A DNA stretch of 64,000 bases from Lingula anatina (lineage: Eukaryota > Animalia > Brachiopoda), in contig CM120648.1 in the NCBI GenBank assembly GCA_051362555.1, forward strand, positions 18,410,587 through 18,474,586, written 5' to 3'. The translations under genes were made by a program, and so were the position numbers. Below, one piece after another: positions 62,801-64,000 of the stretch. Numbering within the stretch: the first letter of the stretch is position 1; every line of letters starts with the position of its first letter. The notes beneath the pieces are model-generated. The model saw only the letters and a list, made by a program, of their open reading frames with translations, did not search any database and was not told the DNA's origin.

Positions 62801-64000
62801 AGTGTTTTTTCCTCAAATTTAATTCTCAGGCATGTTAACAGTCTCATTTTTTAACTAATTAGATATGTTAAGTTGTTCTTTTGACATTTTCCGCATCTTA
62901 ACAATGTTGTTAGTTGATTATATAAAAATGATGGTAAACCTGACATTGTGTATTGTGTAATAAGTGTCAAAAATGGGGGAAAAAAACTTATATCTTTACA
63001 GTTTGTCAGATTCAACCATTCACTTTGTTCAGAATCTCAGAATGGAGCAAGTTGGACATTTATAATTGTTCTGTTGATATTTTTGCTTTGACAACATATT
63101 TTTTGATTGATCATATAAAAATGACAGTAGATTGATTATTTTTTTTATGTAAAAAAGGTGTTGAAAATGGAAATAATCTCTTTCAATACAATTTTCTCTT
63201 GTTTACATTTTGGGATTTTCAAAGTATGACATTTTCTGAATATCCATGATACTTTTATTTTATTATTAAAAATAATTATGGTTATAATGCTGTTAAGCAT
63301 TGTGTAATATTGCATTAAATTGAACAAAACCCTATTCTGGGCACTGCCTCTATTGTGGTGGTGAAAGGAAAAACCACTTGCTCTTCTCACACTTACAGGT
63401 AAGCAACATAGGACTGAAATACAGCTTCAGTTGAAAAAATGTTTCATTAGTTAATTGTTTGGAAGTAATACAGGTTTTTTGTGAAAATTTTTATCTTTCA
63501 CATGTTGCAATTTTCAGTGTGGGACTTATAGCTTACTTGGGCATGAAGCCCAGTTGTAATCAAATTTTCTTTATGTCTATGTTTTTAATAGTAGATATTT
63601 TAAAATTGGCGGTATTTTATTAGTTAATCATTATGTAATGTTGCATCAAAATTGACAAAAACCCTACTTTGTGCTCTGCCACCATTAATATTATGTAAAG
63701 TAAAGTGTTACTTTCTATTTTTTTAAATTATTCTTACAAGAATGATTCTTAGGATTGACATACAGCTCATATAAGAAAACCAGCTCTATTGGATTATCAT
63801 TTTTATTAAATTTATGCATTTTTGAAATTTTCATTTTTCTCATTCTGACACTTTCTTATTGTAAACTTGAACTCTGATGGGCCTGAAGCCTTATGCTTTT
63901 ACTTTCATCAGTGTTACCTGTTGTGCCTAATTAAAATTTGATGTTGACTGTGCAGTTAAACATAATGTATTATTGCATCAGAATTGGCAATCTCCTGTTT
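52271..64000 (+). mobile_element. Cluster of nested HINE copies (heads at 52271, 53141, 53744, 57895) with 161-bp arrays and multi-kb bodies
   Basis: Same hairpin head and microsatellite as 36596; arrays at about 52350-53020, 53210-53540, 53845-54500, 57980-58960; bodies repeated at 54480-57760, 58930-60180, 60240-62780, 62800-64000. Confidence 0.8.
56865..57238. mobile_element. 374-bp hAT-like MITE with 5-bp TSD
   Basis: CAGGGCCGTAGCC...GGCTACGCCCTG flanked by ATCCA (56860-64, 57239-43); empty site AACTCCCATCCACCTGAGG at 62282. Confidence 0.85.

Noticed and set aside
36505-63390. Many short ORFs (MKLTKLMNIHNTQVKF.., CTDTDVSVHIAI..)
   Set aside because: Translations of non-coding HINE repeats, with frame-breaking indels between copies.

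Overview
AT-rich, intron-containing animal DNA (probably a marine invertebrate; species cannot be determined from sequence). Two host genes are embedded in transposon-derived sequence. (1) On +, a 10-coding-exon gene (33669-50742, 1229 aa by hand-splicing, all GT-AG junctions phase-compatible) with the architecture NHL beta-propeller - Roc GTPase - COR - DZIP3-type HEPN with an intact RxxxxH motif. This is a candidate sensor/switch/RNase innate-immune protein and the most interesting item in the window. (2) On -, the first two exons of an HSD11B1L-like short-chain dehydrogenase (17514-16783). Its second intron holds a four-level TE nest: LTR retroelement remnant > Harbinger Myb/SANT gene whose fourth exon is a 101 x 39-bp in-frame minisatellite > Kolobok transposon (transposase plus a P2X7-ballast-like ORF) > Helentron-type HINE. 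The rest consists of MITEs, a TIR element carrying a Gypsy integrase/LTR fragment, Harbinger and DUF4806 remnants, and self-nested HINE elements with 161-bp satellite-like arrays. All assignments rest on motif recognition by eye; no searches were run.
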